Positions 38,953 through 52,001 of a stretch of 64,000 bases of DNA are shown piece after piece. The DNA is from Octopus bimaculoides (taxonomy: Eukaryota): positions 58,084,987 through 58,148,986 of the forward strand of contig NC_068995.1 of the NCBI RefSeq assembly GCF_001194135.2, given 5' to 3'. The notes beneath the pieces were generated by a model. It was not told the origin of the DNA. It did no database searches and saw only the letters and a program-made list of their open reading frames with translations. The position numbers and the translations under genes were made by a program. Positions within the stretch are counted from its first letter, which is position 1; each line of letters starts with the position of its first letter.

Positions 38953-39149
38953 CATCATCATCATTTAGTGTCCACTGTCCATGCTGGCATGGGTTGGACG
39001 GTTTGACCAGGACTGGCCAGCTGGAGGGCTGCACCACACTCCAGTCTGATCTGGCCTTGTTTCTTCCTAATGCCAACCACTCAGAGAGTGTAATGGGTGC
39101 TTTTATGCTACTGGTTTGGGTGCCATTTGCATGACACCAGTATCTTCGA

Positions 39150-41435
39150 TAACTACAATTTTATCTGGCTTCCATCAACTTGAAACTGTATTCTCTAATC
39201 TTCTTGAATACCCTTTTAATGTGTCCTCCATGTTGTTCATGTGATTCACTTTTTATTAGAACATCATTTAATTAAGCGATAGCAAAATCAGTCAGTCAAC
39301 ATTGTATCCATTATTTACTGAAATATGGAAGGGGCCACTTTTATATCAAAGGGAAGCCACTTAAATTTAAGTAAGCCATGGTGTTTATTAACAGTTAATA
39401 AATGTGAGCAGTCTTCTTCTACTTGAATTTGTAGATATGCGTCCAAGAGGTCTAACTTTGAGAAAAATTTCCCTCCATTCAATTTTGCAAACACTTCCTC
39501 AGGACTTAGCAATGGGTAGTTATGTGAGATTAAACAATCATTCAAACCTGTTGAAAAATCTGTACAAACTCTTAACTTGTTAATTTTCTTTCTTTACATA
39601 AACTGTAGGTGCTGCCCAGTCTGAGTGGTCCGTCTTCCTGATTATTCCTAGGCTTCCAAGTTCTTTGTTTATCTGGCCTATTGTTACAAATGGTACATTC
39701 GGTTTTGGCATAAATACAGATGTTGCACTTTGTTTTACTGCAATTTTTGCCTTTGTTTTCATGCAGCAACCCAGTTCCTCCAAGAAAACATCTGGAAATA
39801 AATGTTTTATTTTTTGTTTCATCCTCATTTGAACTTTCAACTGAACCAACTATATTATCACACAAAACACTAATGGGCATAATCCACAATTTGAATAGTC
39901 CCATCCACTCTGTGCAGAATAGATTAACTGAATTTTTTAGCACATATATCTTTGGTCACAAAATGTTACATTACACACAAATTTTATGACAAAATACAAT
40001 CTTTTGCCTGTAACACCGTGTGCAACCTTTGTAGACTCAATTTCAGCTTACCAACATACCTCCAAATTATTTCATTTACAATGGCAATATCACTTCCAGT
40101 GTCTAACTGCATTTTTACTCTGATATTCTTAATTTTCACATCTATGAATTTTCTCCTTCTTATTATTACTGTCTTTCAACGACATACTGTTTATTCTTTT
40201 TTCTTTGTTCCACCTTGGTTTTACCGTGTGTTTTTATGTGTCTAATTTTTTCACAATGGAAGCATTCCACTTTCTTAAATGAACAGTTTTTCTCAGGTGT
40301 AGACCTCCTCATGCAAAACACGAGATTTTTTCGTGATTCTTGTCCTGTGTGTACTGTATTTTAGTACACACTTGATTTCTATTCTGCTTATTTCACACTG
40401 GTTTCACTTGGGAGCAATCTTTATGTTCAATTTTCTCTGTGTTGTGCCTTAAATTTACTATTCTAGTTTTTCTGTGTCTGTCTTTGAAGTCAGACCCTGA
40501 GTAAGTATCAGGCACTCAAACGTATCTAGCATTAATTCGTCCTCTTTGAACTTTTCACATTTCCTGTTAATTCTACCAACATATGTAATGTAGTCCTACT
40601 CATTGTTCTTTTCTAGGTTCAAATATTTCCAACATATATTGAACAATGAGCTTTTCTCACTGAAAATTTTACACAATATGTCTATTGTATCTTTAAAGTT
40701 TATGCCTGAAGGTTTTTTTCAGGAGTATGTAGTTGCTGTAATGCCCATGTTGTCTTGCAGCTAATGTTCTTAAGATTAAACTTGTTTTCATATTGTCATC
40801 CCAATCTTTGCACTCTTTATCAAAGATTTGTTCGTATCTTCTACAGTAAATCCCCAAAATATACTCCTTTGTCTGGTTTGTACTTAAATTCTGTTATTGA
40901 GTTTGCAGCATAATTTGGTGAGAATTTTTGTTTCAGTATTTTCTGATGACTTACTATTCATTAATTTCAGTGTTTGTTGTTGTAATAGTAATTGTTGTTT
41001 CTTCTGTTATTGTTCTTGCAGTTTTATCTGCTGCTGTTGTTCTTGTAGTTGTAGCTACTGGTGTTGTTGCTGCTGCTGTTGTTGCTCTTCTCTCAGTTGC
41101 TGTTTTTGCAACTCGAGCAAACCAGCCAACAAATTTTCCATAATTTTTATAATTATTTTTCCATAAAATTCACTCAAAAAAATCTTTTGTGAGTTTGTTA
41201 ATTCCTCATCACCACCGTTGTAACCCTTGTCACTACTGTTGTAATCCTTCATATTGGATTGTTAAAGTGCTCACTTCGGTATAGCAGTATAGTTGTTAGA
41301 TCAGTAAAGACATGACTATCTAAGAACGTCTACTTTGCACTCTCACTATACTGACGTTAACTTATTTATAGTGATGAGCACATACCACTTGTCACATGGC
41401 AGGGGTATACCATTATTACTATTATCTCCACAACA
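39150..41435 (-). mobile_element. Ty3/Gypsy LTR retrotransposon, decayed and 3'-truncated (LTR-gag-protease-RT)
   Basis: Gag start MENLLAGLLELQKQQ, protease KMQLDTGSDIAIVNE near 40100, RT SDWAAPTVYVKK and FAKLNGGKFFSKLDLLDAYLQIQV...APSIFQ. No RNase H, integrase or second LTR seen. Confidence 0.92.
41237..41435 (-). repeat. 5' LTR (199 bp) of the Gypsy element
   Basis: Bounded by TGTTGT...ACAACA; on the minus strand immediately followed by a decayed TGGCGACGAG-type PBS. Confidence 0.75.
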
Positions 41436-41449
41436 ATAGGCACATTAGT

Positions 41450-42170
41450 AGTGTTGGCAATTTTCAGGAAGCATGGAATTTTTGAAGAATAGTATCCTGT
41501 CAGCTGGTGTGGTTAGTATATTCTCTGCTTTGTCATTCTGAGCGTGAAAAAAATTTTCAGAAAGTCATGGGTGGTTCACATTTTTGTTTTTCGATTTTAT
41601 AAGCATGCTCACAAGTGGTAGAGGTATTTAATTTTAAAAAGTGGTTAGAGTTGTTGGTGGATAATTTTGTGGGCTTCTACCAAATCATCTGTTAGATATC
41701 AAACCATTAGTGTGTTGATACTCAGAGAAGTGATATGTTTTAGATATGGTAAGTGACTGACAGAAGATATTCCTCTAGTTGCACGTCTCAGAACTACTTT
41801 CACTAGGTCAGTTTTCTGAACAAGAAGGGGTTTCCTTACTGGAATGCAAACAATAAGTGTTGATGTACCATAGCCATTTATGGCTTTAATTAGATAGCTG
41901 GTGAGTGAGTGACTAACACATTTTTACTGAATGATGGTAAGATACCTTCAGCCTTTTTGATGATTTTATTCACTGCAGACCATTGTTGACAATGATATCT
42001 GGATCATGTTCATCAGCAGATTTCATAAGGTTAGGGTTGCAAAGGGAAACGGTAAGTTCCAGGTTTTTCCACCAAAATATAAAACTTGTCTAGAGCTAAT
42101 TTGAGTTGCCAGTCAGCAATTTATTGCTGCATTGTGTCCAGCTTTGATTGCAGGAACAATGTATAGTGTA
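41450..42170 (-). mobile_element. CR1-like LINE 3' fragment
   Basis: QSKLDTMQQ*IADWQLKLALDK...VLRRATRGISSVSHLPY...DLVEAHKIIH...CEHAYKIEKQ. Confidence 0.75.
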
Positions 42171-42920
42171 TACAATCCATTCTTTTTTGTGAAAGTACAG
42201 CATGCATGCACACACACATGCAAATATGCACACACAGAGTGACGAAAAAAGGGAGAAAGAGTTCTATTGGGTGACATATGAGTAACAAAATGTCAGTGAT
42301 TCATATCCCGTGATTGGAACTACTCTAGACCCGTGTGATAGATGTGTAACTATCAACATCCTAGTTCAACACTGGAAGTAGTATCTGCAGCTCTGTAAAG
42401 TTAACAAGTGTTGTGGGGCTCCAGATTTTTCCATAGGTTCAGGTAAGAAAATGAAATTTCCTACAGGTGTATTTTTCCAACTGAATCAGCACTCCAAAGA
42501 CAGGTGTTCTTTGTGGTGCCTGACAACCCAAGAGTGTTACAGAATTAGCCACTAGCAGTAACCCCCCCCCCATCACCTCCACACCACTATCACAACAGCA
42601 CCAGTACCACCATCATTTTTGAGGGGGTTTAGGTCCCATATCCATTCTCATAAGAAATTTTTTCTATTCAAGTTTTTGTAAAGTTGCATAAAAATAATTT
42701 AGAAAGATAATCTTAGTAACTTTGGTATTAGTTTCAAAATCTCTCTCTCATGATTTTAAGAATTACTAATATCTGAAATGTTGGAATTTCTTACTCTTTA
42801 CAGCAAATTAACTCACTTGAATTTTTCTTTTTTTCTCCAACTTTTAAGACAAATACATTCTATTATAGTTTCAGTAAAATTATATGAAGACAATCTCAAG
42901 TGAATTCCTTTCTATTCCAG

Positions 42921-43085
42921 TTTCTATAAAGTTGAATGGAGATAAACATTGGCATCAGGCAACACTTGTCTACTCTACTCCATTAACCGAACCTTTTGAT
43001 GTGGCTGTCTTAAAACTGAACAACTACTCTTTTTTGACACCAACTAAATTGCTATCTTTTCCAGAAATCACTACGGCCGTTGAAG
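42921..43085 (+). CDS. TYSND1: TYSND1 coding exon 4 (catalytic Asp)
   Basis: Acceptor TTCCAG|TT phase 1; ATLVYSTPLTEPFDVAVLKL (family VVFATQETCPYDIAVVSL); donor GAAG|GTTTGT phase 1. Confidence 0.92.
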
Positions 43086-43437
43086 GTTTGTACCCCTCTA
43101 CCATTGACCACCATAAACACTGCCACCACCACCACCACCACCACTATCACCATTGTCATCATTTTCATCACTATTGTTCTTGTTGCTGTTACCATTGTTA
43201 TTGTCCTCCTCCTCCTCCTCCTACTGAATGTTGGCAGCAGTAGTGGCAGTTACATCATCTCATTGTCATTATCATCATCATACCCAGCACTCATTTCAGT
43301 TGCGTCTCTCCTGCCTTCATTTCTCATATAATTACATTCATGACTGCTTTATCCAGCATACCTATCCTGTCTGTGAGACAAGTCATTTGAAATTAAGTTT
43401 GGCTGCTACTTCCAACAGATTAAGCAACCATATAGAG

Positions 43438-43583
43438 CAGGTATGGGCAAACTTTTTGGAGAAGCGGCTCACATGAAAACTGACTTATCATCAAGCAGAT
43501 CAGACCAGTAAAAAGATTCAAAGCCATTTCTCATTAGGCCATTCATTTTTCATTAGGCCATTCAGGCCACAGTTTGCCCATGG
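43438..43583. mobile_element. Small hAT-like MITE
   Basis: Ends CAGGTATGGGCAAACT / AGTTTGCCCATG. Confidence 0.6.
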
Positions 43584-43979
43584 ATCTTATGGAGGTTCTT
43601 GTCATAATAACTGTTGTAAAGTTGTTATTGTTGACACCATTATGAACAGCATCCATTGAAATTCCAAATCTTATAAATGTTTCTATTTTCTTATATATTC
43701 AGAATTGTTGAAGCATGGAATAAGCTGCCTACATCAATTGTTAGCTATCAGAACACTGCAACCAGTAGGTCATCAGAGTCCAATGATGTCGTACGGTTTC
43801 TCACAATTCCTGCTGGCTGTGGTTCATCACTGCTCTCGCTGTTGGATTCTTGGTAGTCACTCTCTGGTCTTGAATCTTAATCCAACTCACTATTATTATC
43901 ATCATCATCATTGTAGGGACACCCTGGTACTGATTCCTTGCATCTCTGAATTTTATTTTTCAAAGGCATCCTGATTGTG

Positions 43980-44285
43980 AGAAAATTCATTTCGAGTGTG
44001 GTCATTGCCAGTGTCATCAGACTGGCTCCTGTGCAGGTAGCCTGTAAAAACACCTTTTGAGCGTGAGCATGGTCATTGCCAGAACCTCCTGACTGGCCCT
44101 CATGCCGGTGGCACATAAAAAGCACCCACTACACTCTTGGAGTGGTTGGCGTTAGGAAGGGCATCCAGCTGTAGAAGCTCTGCCAGATCAGATTGAGACT
44201 GGTGCAGCCATCTGGTTCACCAGCCCTCAGTCAAACCGTCCAACTCATGCCAGCATGGAAAGCAGATGTTAAAAGATGATGATGA
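43980..44285 (+). mobile_element. RTE 3'-tail copy
   Basis: Same tail as 49570-50085, ending GATGATGAT. Confidence 0.8.
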
Positions 44286-44924
44286 TTTCACTAGCAATGT
44301 CCATGCTTTTACAGATCACTTTGGTTTATGAAACTGAGTGGGAGTATTATTCACTTTTGCAAGCTTCTGAACAGAAGTGATATTCACTTTTCCACACCAA
44401 CAACCGAGATCCACATGACTACACATCAATTACATGCATATAATCTCATCTGTGGGCTTCACATAACAATAACCCAAAAAAGACAGCTTATCTGAAATTC
44501 CCAGAAGAAATCTAGGTTGCTGCCATAACCATCATCTGCTGTTATCAGAAATTTCTAAAAGAAAAGAGGTTGCAGCCATGGCTACTATGTGGCAATGACC
44601 TCCACCCTCGTCTGGCCACACACACAGTGTTCGATGTGGTCAGTACTGCTTCCTGTCTGCAAGGGCTTAAAACAAATATTGAGATTAATAAGATTGACTA
44701 AATCTCACTGAAGGTAGTGCCCTGTGCATTACTGCAATCCTATGATTGACACAAGTAAATGTGCAAAAGGATAAGTGTTTGTTGGCACACAAAATGCGAT
44801 GAGAGAAAGCACAATGTTTTTGGCTGAAATACTTCATTAAAAAATCTTCTCAGTCATCTAACTTGTTTTCTGTTCCACTCTTGAGCAAAAAATATATTAG
44901 CTGTAACACAAACCATTTGTTATT

Positions 44925-45580
44925 TGGACATAGTTGCGTGGTTAAGAAGTTCATTTTGCAACTATGAGGCTTTGAATTCAGTCCCTGCATAGCACTTTAG
45001 ACTGACAACTACACTATGTGTAAATTTGGTAGATGGAGGCTGTGTAGAAGCCTGTTGTATGCATGTGTGTGTGAGATGAAATAGATTCGAAAGAGGCTGG
45101 TGTTGGTCTGCATTGACAATTATAAAATCGATGAAAAGAGTACAGTGAACTTGCCATGGTGGGTGGAAATTTAATGAGAGACGGCAAAGTTTTAAAGATT
45201 TTTATTTTTCCTAACTTAGCGGATGTAAAAGTCTTCACTAACTGTCTTTCATCAATTTCTCCCTTTTCAAATTTCTCTGAAGAAGGACTATTCAAAATAG
45301 ATTTCCTACTCCCCATACCATGCTCACTGTACACTTTTTATCGATTTTATTATGCGTATATGTGGTGTGTCATTGTGTTTGTGTCTGTCCTCCCTCACCA
45401 CTGCTTGACAAACAGTGTTGGTTTGTTCATGTCCCCATAACTTAGTGGTTTGGCAAAAGAGACTAACAGAATACCAGAGTTGAAAAATAAGTACTGGGGG
45501 TCAATCTATTCAACTAAAACCCTTCAAGGTGGTGCCCCAACATAGTCACAGTCCAATGTGGGAAACAAGTAAAAGATATA
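44925..45580 (+). mobile_element. tRNA-derived SINE interrupted by a fold-back insert
   Basis: Head at about 44935-45070, tail at about 45360-45580; non-SINE sequence between. Confidence 0.7.
45122..45350. repeat. Fold-back insert with about 50-bp imperfect terminal inverted repeats
   Basis: ATAAAATCGATGAAAAGAGTACAGTGAAC... versus ...GCTCACTGTACACTTTTTATCGATTTTAT. Confidence 0.75.
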
Positions 45581-45587
45581 AGATTTA

Positions 45588-45806
45588 CCCCTTAGCATTC
45601 AGATTATTCCGTCAAATGCAGTGTTTGTTTATTTATATTGTTTTGAATTAATCATGAATTATCTTATTTTTTAGAGATATTAATGGTGTCACTGCTTAGT
45701 TTTAGAATGACATTTTAGGGATGGAGTGAGAGGCCAGATCTGGCCAGTTTCAATTGAAACAGGTTAAATATTTTGGCTAGATATGGCCAGTTTGAATGCT
45801 AAAGGG
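45588..45806. mobile_element. piggyBac-type MITE
   Basis: CCCCTTAGCATTCA...TGAATGCTAAAGGG followed by TTAA (left flank TTTA). Confidence 0.8.
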
Positions 45807-45873
45807 TTAAAGACAATACCAATGAATTTTAAACGAAAAACTTATGTCTTTTTTATTTTCTTATTATGGGCAG

Positions 45874-45995
45874 GAATGCCAGTCTATGCAGTTGGTTTTG
45901 CTTTATTCACCTCACATTCAAACCCTCAGCCGACTGTAACATCTGGAGTGGTTGCCAGACTTGTTCAACACAAGCAAACGGATATTCTTATTCAG
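45874..45995 (+). CDS. TYSND1: TYSND1 coding exon 5
   Basis: Acceptor GGCAG|GA phase 1; GMPVYAVGFALF...PTVTSGVVARLV...ILIQ (family GEAVSVVGFGVF...PSVTSGILSAVV...VMLQ); donor CAG|GTTAGT phase 0. Confidence 0.93.
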
Positions 45996-46209
45996 GTTAG
46001 TAAAACATTGGTTGTTTTATGATAGTAGCTGCTGCTATTGTTGTTGTTGTTGTTGTTGTTGTTGCCAGTACATGTAGCTGTTCCTGTTGTTTGAAGCCAC
46101 AGGTCACCTCTGATGGAAGATTCCTATTGTCAAAAACACATCAGCCTTGACTACCAGGTCTTCAATTCAAACAATGTGCATCAATGCCTATAGAGGTACG
46201 GTTTGTCAT

Positions 46210-46470
46210 TCATCTTTCATTTGTTTCAGTCATTGAACTGTGACCATGCTGGGGCATCACCTTGAAAGCTTTAGTCAAACAAATCGATATCAGTATTATT
46301 TTTCAAGCTTGATACTTATTCTATTGGTTACTTTTGCTGTATTGCTAAGTCACAGGGCCCTAAATAAACCAAGTGGTGGGAACAAACACAAACACACACA
46401 CACAGAGGGCTTCCACATTGATTCTGTCTACCAAATTCTCTGACAAGACTTTAGTTGGCCCAGGGCTATA
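46210..46470 (-). mobile_element. tRNA-derived SINE, inverted relative to 45360-45580
   Basis: TTGTTTCAGTCATTG...GCTGGGGCATCACCTTGAA...TTCTGTCTACCAAATTC. Confidence 0.75.
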
Positions 46471-47139
46471 ATAGATATATACTTTAGTAGGTATATATAC
46501 TATATATATATGTATAGTATATTCACCGATCCCTTGAGAGGGGAGGGGTATTGGAGGAGGTGATATTGTGTCAGATGATGAAAGGTTAGAGGGTGACGGA
46601 GAGACAGATGCAGGTGTGTCGCTGTATTGGAGAGACATGGTTAACCAGTCAGAGGGAAGAGCAAGAGAGGGAGAGAGGGTGGAAGAGTGCATGAGAAAGC
46701 AGGAGGAGAGATGGTGGCGAAGTGCCGGGGGAGGGGGAGCGGTCAGAATATAAATGGGATGGTAGAGCAAAGGAAGGGAGTTAGATGGTGGTAAGTGGCA
46801 AGGGGCATACCCTCAGGGTAAAGAGGTCGTAATAAGTGGCAGGATATCACCAAAGAAGTGCAAATAGGGAGTAGGGGCAGGGGATACAGTGACTGGTGAA
46901 AACCTGGGGGACAGCAATAATACAGTGAACAGGGCGCAGTGGGGACAAGATTGGTGAGTGAGAGATAAGCATAAGGCATGAAAGAGGAAATGTGAGATAG
47001 AGAAGAGGAGATGTAGTATGGTTTGTTGGNNNNNNNNNNNNNNNNNNNNNNNNNNNNNNNNNNNGGGGGGGGGGGGTTTCTTGTTACATGTGGTTAAAAC
47101 ACACAACATTTCTAGAACCCAGTTTCACTGATGTAGGTG

Positions 47140-47560
47140 GGTCTTCTCAAGAACCTTATATCTTGCCAGACATCTCAGTCCATTGGCATTTCCTCTGAGA
47201 TCCGTCCTCACCACCTCATCCCATGTCTTCCTCTTCCACAGCTACCATCCACTTCCAGTGACCACCACTTCTTTATACAACTCTCTTCTTTCATACGCAT
47301 CACATGTTCAAACCAATGTAGTCTTCTTCTCTTACATGCTGCATTTGATTCCTCTTATGCCCATCTTTTCTCTCAATATATTTGCACTTTGTTGTACATG
47401 CACACTGATGTTGCACATCTAACAGAGTATGCTGCCTTCATTCCTCTTTAGTCTACACATGTCTTCTGCACTCAGAGCCCATTTCTCACTACCATGTAGC
47501 ATAGATGTTCACACACAAGCCATCATACACTCTACCTTTCACTTCTTTTGTTACCAAGGT
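47140..47560 (-). mobile_element. Old RTE ORF2 3' fragment
   Basis: Reverse complement of the RKTWDEVV / KLGIRSIKC region of the RTE copies. Confidence 0.65.
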
Positions 47561-47779
47561 AATAGCTCTCTGGACTTCCTCCATTCTGTTCTTATTCTTG
47601 AAACAATACTCCACCATTGCTAATTTGTTCAGCTAGTTAACAGAAACTATTTACAACCTCAAGATTGGCTCCGGGGTATTTGAGAGAGTCTAAGTCCTGT
47701 GTATCCTTAGTGCTTATTGTTCCTGCAAATCTACCACAGCAAAAATTTTTGATTTTGCACATGTGCATTGTTTGTTCTT

Positions 47780-48245
47780 GATTTTGTTGACTACACAGTA
47801 TAGTAGGGTCATTTGGGCACCGTCTGTGAGAAAAATGGCACCATGACACAATTCACTCAGCCAGAAATTTGGAAACATGTATTGCTTGTCATTCATGCCA
47901 GACACTCCAATACAAACATTTCAGAGTGTTGTATTGGTGTTGCAAGGAGTTTTGTTGGCCTCTCGTTTAACTGCACCCCACACATAATAATCAAGTTGAA
48001 CTCTGGGGAGTTAGGTGGCCAGATGTTAGGGGTGGTGTGCCTGACAGCCATGACTGGGTTCTGCTGCTTGCGTGGCATGGTGCAGAGTTGCCTGACACGG
48101 GGTCTTCCAGCAGCCACCCTCTTGACCCAGGGTAGCACTACCTCCTCCAGGCACTTGATGTAGGCCTCTGTGTTGAGTCTGAGGCTGCTTGGGAAGATCA
48201 ATGGAGGCATAACATCACTATCACTAATGATCACTCCAACACCAG
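47780..48245 (-). mobile_element. Tc1/mariner (maT/DD37D-like) transposase C-terminal fragment
   Basis: SDSDVMPPLIFPSSLRLNTEAYIKCLEEVVLPWVKRVAAGRP...TPNIWPPNSPE. Confidence 0.85.
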
Positions 48246-50085
48246 AGAGTCTGCTTAGATGAGATGCAGTTTGGTTTTGTGCCAGGTAAAACCACCACTG
48301 ATGCTATGTTACTGGTACAGCAACTGCAGGAGAAATACCTAGCCAAAGATAAACCGCTATACTTGGCTTTTGTTGACTTGGAGAAAGCCTTTGTCAGGGT
48401 CCCCTGATCCCTTATCTGGTGGGCAATGCAGACACTAGGATTGATGAGTGGTTATTATGAGCTGTACAGGGATGCTGTTAGTAAGGTAAGGGTCGGCAAT
48501 GAGTATAGTGAAGAGTTGCAGGTAAAAGTAAGGGTTCACCAAGGATCAGGACTCAGCCCCCTCTTATTCATCATAGTCCTCCAGACAATTAACAGAGGAA
48601 TTCAAGACAGGTTGCCCCTGGGATATCCTCTAAGCTGATGACCTTGCTCTCATAGCAGAATCACTACCAGAACCACAGAAGAAATTTCAGGTGTGGAAGC
48701 AAGGTTTAGAATCAAAGGGCGTTAGAATCAATGTTGCAAAAACCAAAGTCTTAGTAAGTAGGAAGGCGAACACATTACAAATCCCTTCAGGTAGATGGCC
48801 CTGCTCGATCTGTAGAAAAGGTGTAGGTAGAAACTCCATAAGATGTATCCAGTGTAAGCTATGGATGCATAACAGGTGCAGCAACATCAAAGGAAGATTA
48901 ACCGAGAAGATAGCTTTCATGTGCGGCAGATGCACAGGGGTAATAAACACCAAAGATGCTCAGAAAATGGATTCCATCACATACCAGGGAGAGAAACTAG
49001 AAGTAGTTGATAGCTTCCACTACCTAGGTGACCAAGTCAGTAGTGGGGGGGGGGGATTCTCAAAGAGCATTGCCACTAGAATAAGAATAGCTCCCACCTC
49101 TACTGGTGACAAAGGGCATCTCGCTCAGAGTGAAGGTTAGATTGTATGATGCATGTGTGCAAACTGTCATGCTACACAGCAGTGAAACATGGACCATGAC
49201 TGCTGAAGACATGCGTAGGCTTGAAAGAAATGAAGCTAGCATGATCCGCTGGATGTTTAATGTCAGTGTGCACACACTACAGAGTGTAAGCGCCCTGAGA
49301 GAAATGTTGGACATAAGAAGTATCAGATGTGATGTGCAAGAGAGACAACTGCACTGGTATGGTCATGTGCTATGTATGGATGAAGAGAGCTGTGTGAAGA
49401 AGTCTCACACCCTAACAGTGGAGGGAACTCGTGGAAGAGGTAAACCCAGGAAGACCTGGGATGAGGTGGTGAAGTATGACCTTCGGATGGTGGGCTTCAC
49501 TGAGGCAATGACAAAAGACCGAGACCTCTGGAGACATGCTGTGACTGTGAAGACCCAGCAAGGAAAGTGAGATCCCAGCTGTAGCCTACACCAGTGTCGC
49601 ATAACCAGCCCATTTAAAAAGTACCTTTGAATCGCTGGGTGATATGCGTGCTTGAGGAGACCTATTGAGTCAAGTAAATCAAAATGAAATCAAATCACAA
49701 TCAAATAGAAATTGTAGTTGTTGTCGATACCAGAGCTGCCTGACTGGCTCCCGTGCTGGTGGCACACAATAAGCACCATTTATGTGTGGGTCATTGCCAG
49801 TGCCACCTGACTGGTTCTTGTGCCGGTGGCATATAAAAAGCACCATCCGAATGTGACCGATACCAGTGCCGCCTGACTGACTCCCGTGCTGGTGACACGT
49901 AAAAAGCACCCACTACACTCTGGGAGTGGTTGGCGTTAGAACGGGCATCCAACTGTAGAAACATTGCCAGATCAGATTGGAGCCTGTTTGTTGTAGCCTC
50001 TTGGCTTGCCAGTCTCCAGTCAAACCGTCCAATCCATGCCAGCATGGAAACCTGATACTAAACGACGATGATGATGATGATGATG
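48245..50085 (+). mobile_element. 5'-truncated RTE-clade LINE (RT pseudo-ORF plus 3' UTR)
   Basis: LDEMQFGFVPGKTTTDAM...AFVDLEKAF...GSGLSPLLFIIVLQ...ADDLALIAES...PHD-like cluster...RGRGKPRKTWDEVVK; (GAT)n tail. Confidence 0.95.
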
Positions 50086-50812
50086 TATGTATGTGTGCGT
50101 GTGTGTGTGCATTTATATATATGCATGTACTTAAAAAGTGGTTGGTTATGGTTGGGCAGGGTGTGACAATTGGTTTTGCACTGATAAGGTTCTTAGCAAT
50201 TTAGGTGACTTATCATTTTCTCTCTTTCTGAAATCATTACATTGCAAGTATTGCATCATCATTTTCTACTGTTGTATCACTTTAGGAGCAAAAATTGGTC
50301 AGTATAGTTGTAGTTGTTGAATTTGAGAGAGTTTGGAACACAGCCAGATGACAGGTACCTTTTTTTCATGAAATTCTTCCTCAAATTTGATCCAATTGTA
50401 ATTGAAGCTATTAAAATATCTGGATAATTTTTGTTGTTTAACAATTAATATTCTATTCTCTTTTGGATTCCAAGTCAATTTTTTCCCACACTAATATATA
50501 ATTTTGTAAGTTTCGATTTTCAAAAGAGACGTCTGAAATGGGGTAGAATGAGTAATGACAAATTTTAATAATTTTTTCTCTTTAACTGCATGATGTGTAA
50601 ATATATCAGGAAAGCTACTCCAACAGATTGTGTTGAAGCTATAGAAAATATTTTATGCTGGGTTTTTTGATTTAGTTGATTTTGGTTAAGTTTATATCAT
50701 GTGCCATTTTTCCATGATCCTCTTACATTTAACCTAGATTTAAAAAATTTTTTGTTTCATTTCTGATCTTTCTGATGTCTAAGGATGGATATCGATATAT
50801 ATGAATCTATTT

Positions 50813-51037
50813 TCAAATGTAAATCTGCAGAATTAAAGAGGCAAATTTACCTTGTCTAGGCTTACTCATTCTGCTCCAGCTAAAATTTTTTTTTATATGC
50901 TCAAAAAGAATGAAGATAATTTTCTGAAATAGTGTTCTAAAGATGTTATAGTATTTAGAGAAGGTCATTTGCTTAGCTGATAAAGTTTTTGAAAGGTTGT
51001 GAACATTTGTAAAAAGTGTATTTTTTCTTAAAGTCAA
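50813..51037 (-). mobile_element. Possible hAT transposase dimerisation-domain remnant
   Basis: HIKKNFSWSRMSKPRQGKFASLILQI loosely resembles the hAT IKNYLRSTMSQERLSNLAILSIE motif. Confidence 0.3.
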
Positions 51038-51095
51038 AAATACTGTAAAAATTCCTCATTATGCCTCCTCCCATGTGTGTGTGTGNNNNNNNNNN

Positions 51096-51146
<51 letters not shown>

Positions 51147-51969
51147 ACATTATACATGTCCTATGTGTCTTTTCTATTTCAGGGTTTAAGTTAAGGGAAT
51201 TAGGCTGCTTTTTCTAGCACACGGAACTGCTGCGTGGAGCTTCAATCTTTGGCTTGAATTGGTACAACACTCGACTAAATGTTTGCTAGAGTTTAGCTTT
51301 TGCTCCTCTAGCATCAATCGATTCTGTTATTCTCCTAAGCTTGTTGCCCTTCTAGCTAGTCAAAAAGAAATCGATATTTCTCGGTATCACTATTGCTCAA
51401 ACTGTGAAGACAGGAGAACTTTTTGGATTTAGTTTCGACTCAGCAAGAAGTCGATAATGGAAGGGAAATAACTCTTCATCAATCAACCAATGCAGCTGTT
51501 TACTCTTATCTGAAACCTTTTTAAATCATGTTATACTCTTCAAGAGGAAACTTGATTCACAGAAAATTTATCTATATGCTAATGATATGTCGATGATTGT
51601 TTTTACGTCAAGTTATATGTAAAACAGCGATTTAATATTAAACTGAAGAATTACTCAACAATTTTCCGTAGAGTATATGTTTATTATCTTTTTCAAGTGA
51701 GGAGGTGATAGCAACTTTGAAGTTTCCACCCTGCTAACTTTCACCAGACAGCTGCTGCTGATCACACACACACACACACACACACACAATCATCATCATC
51801 ATACAATGTCCATATTTAGGGCGTTCAAAAAGTCTCTCCGCAGTAAATATTTTTATGCAAAATAAATATTTATAAGGTGGTATAAGACAACAAAAGAATA
51901 TATTAGACTTTACAAGACTTTAAAAAACTTTATAAGAGGTGATGAAAGTGTCGTCCTTCATTTATAACG

Positions 51970-52001
<32 letters not shown>

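Noticed and set aside
46540-47030. Purine-rich block with minus-strand S/P/L-rich ORFs (similar at 54350-54660 and 57480-57720)
   Set aside because: Low-complexity decayed repeat; family not identifiable by eye.
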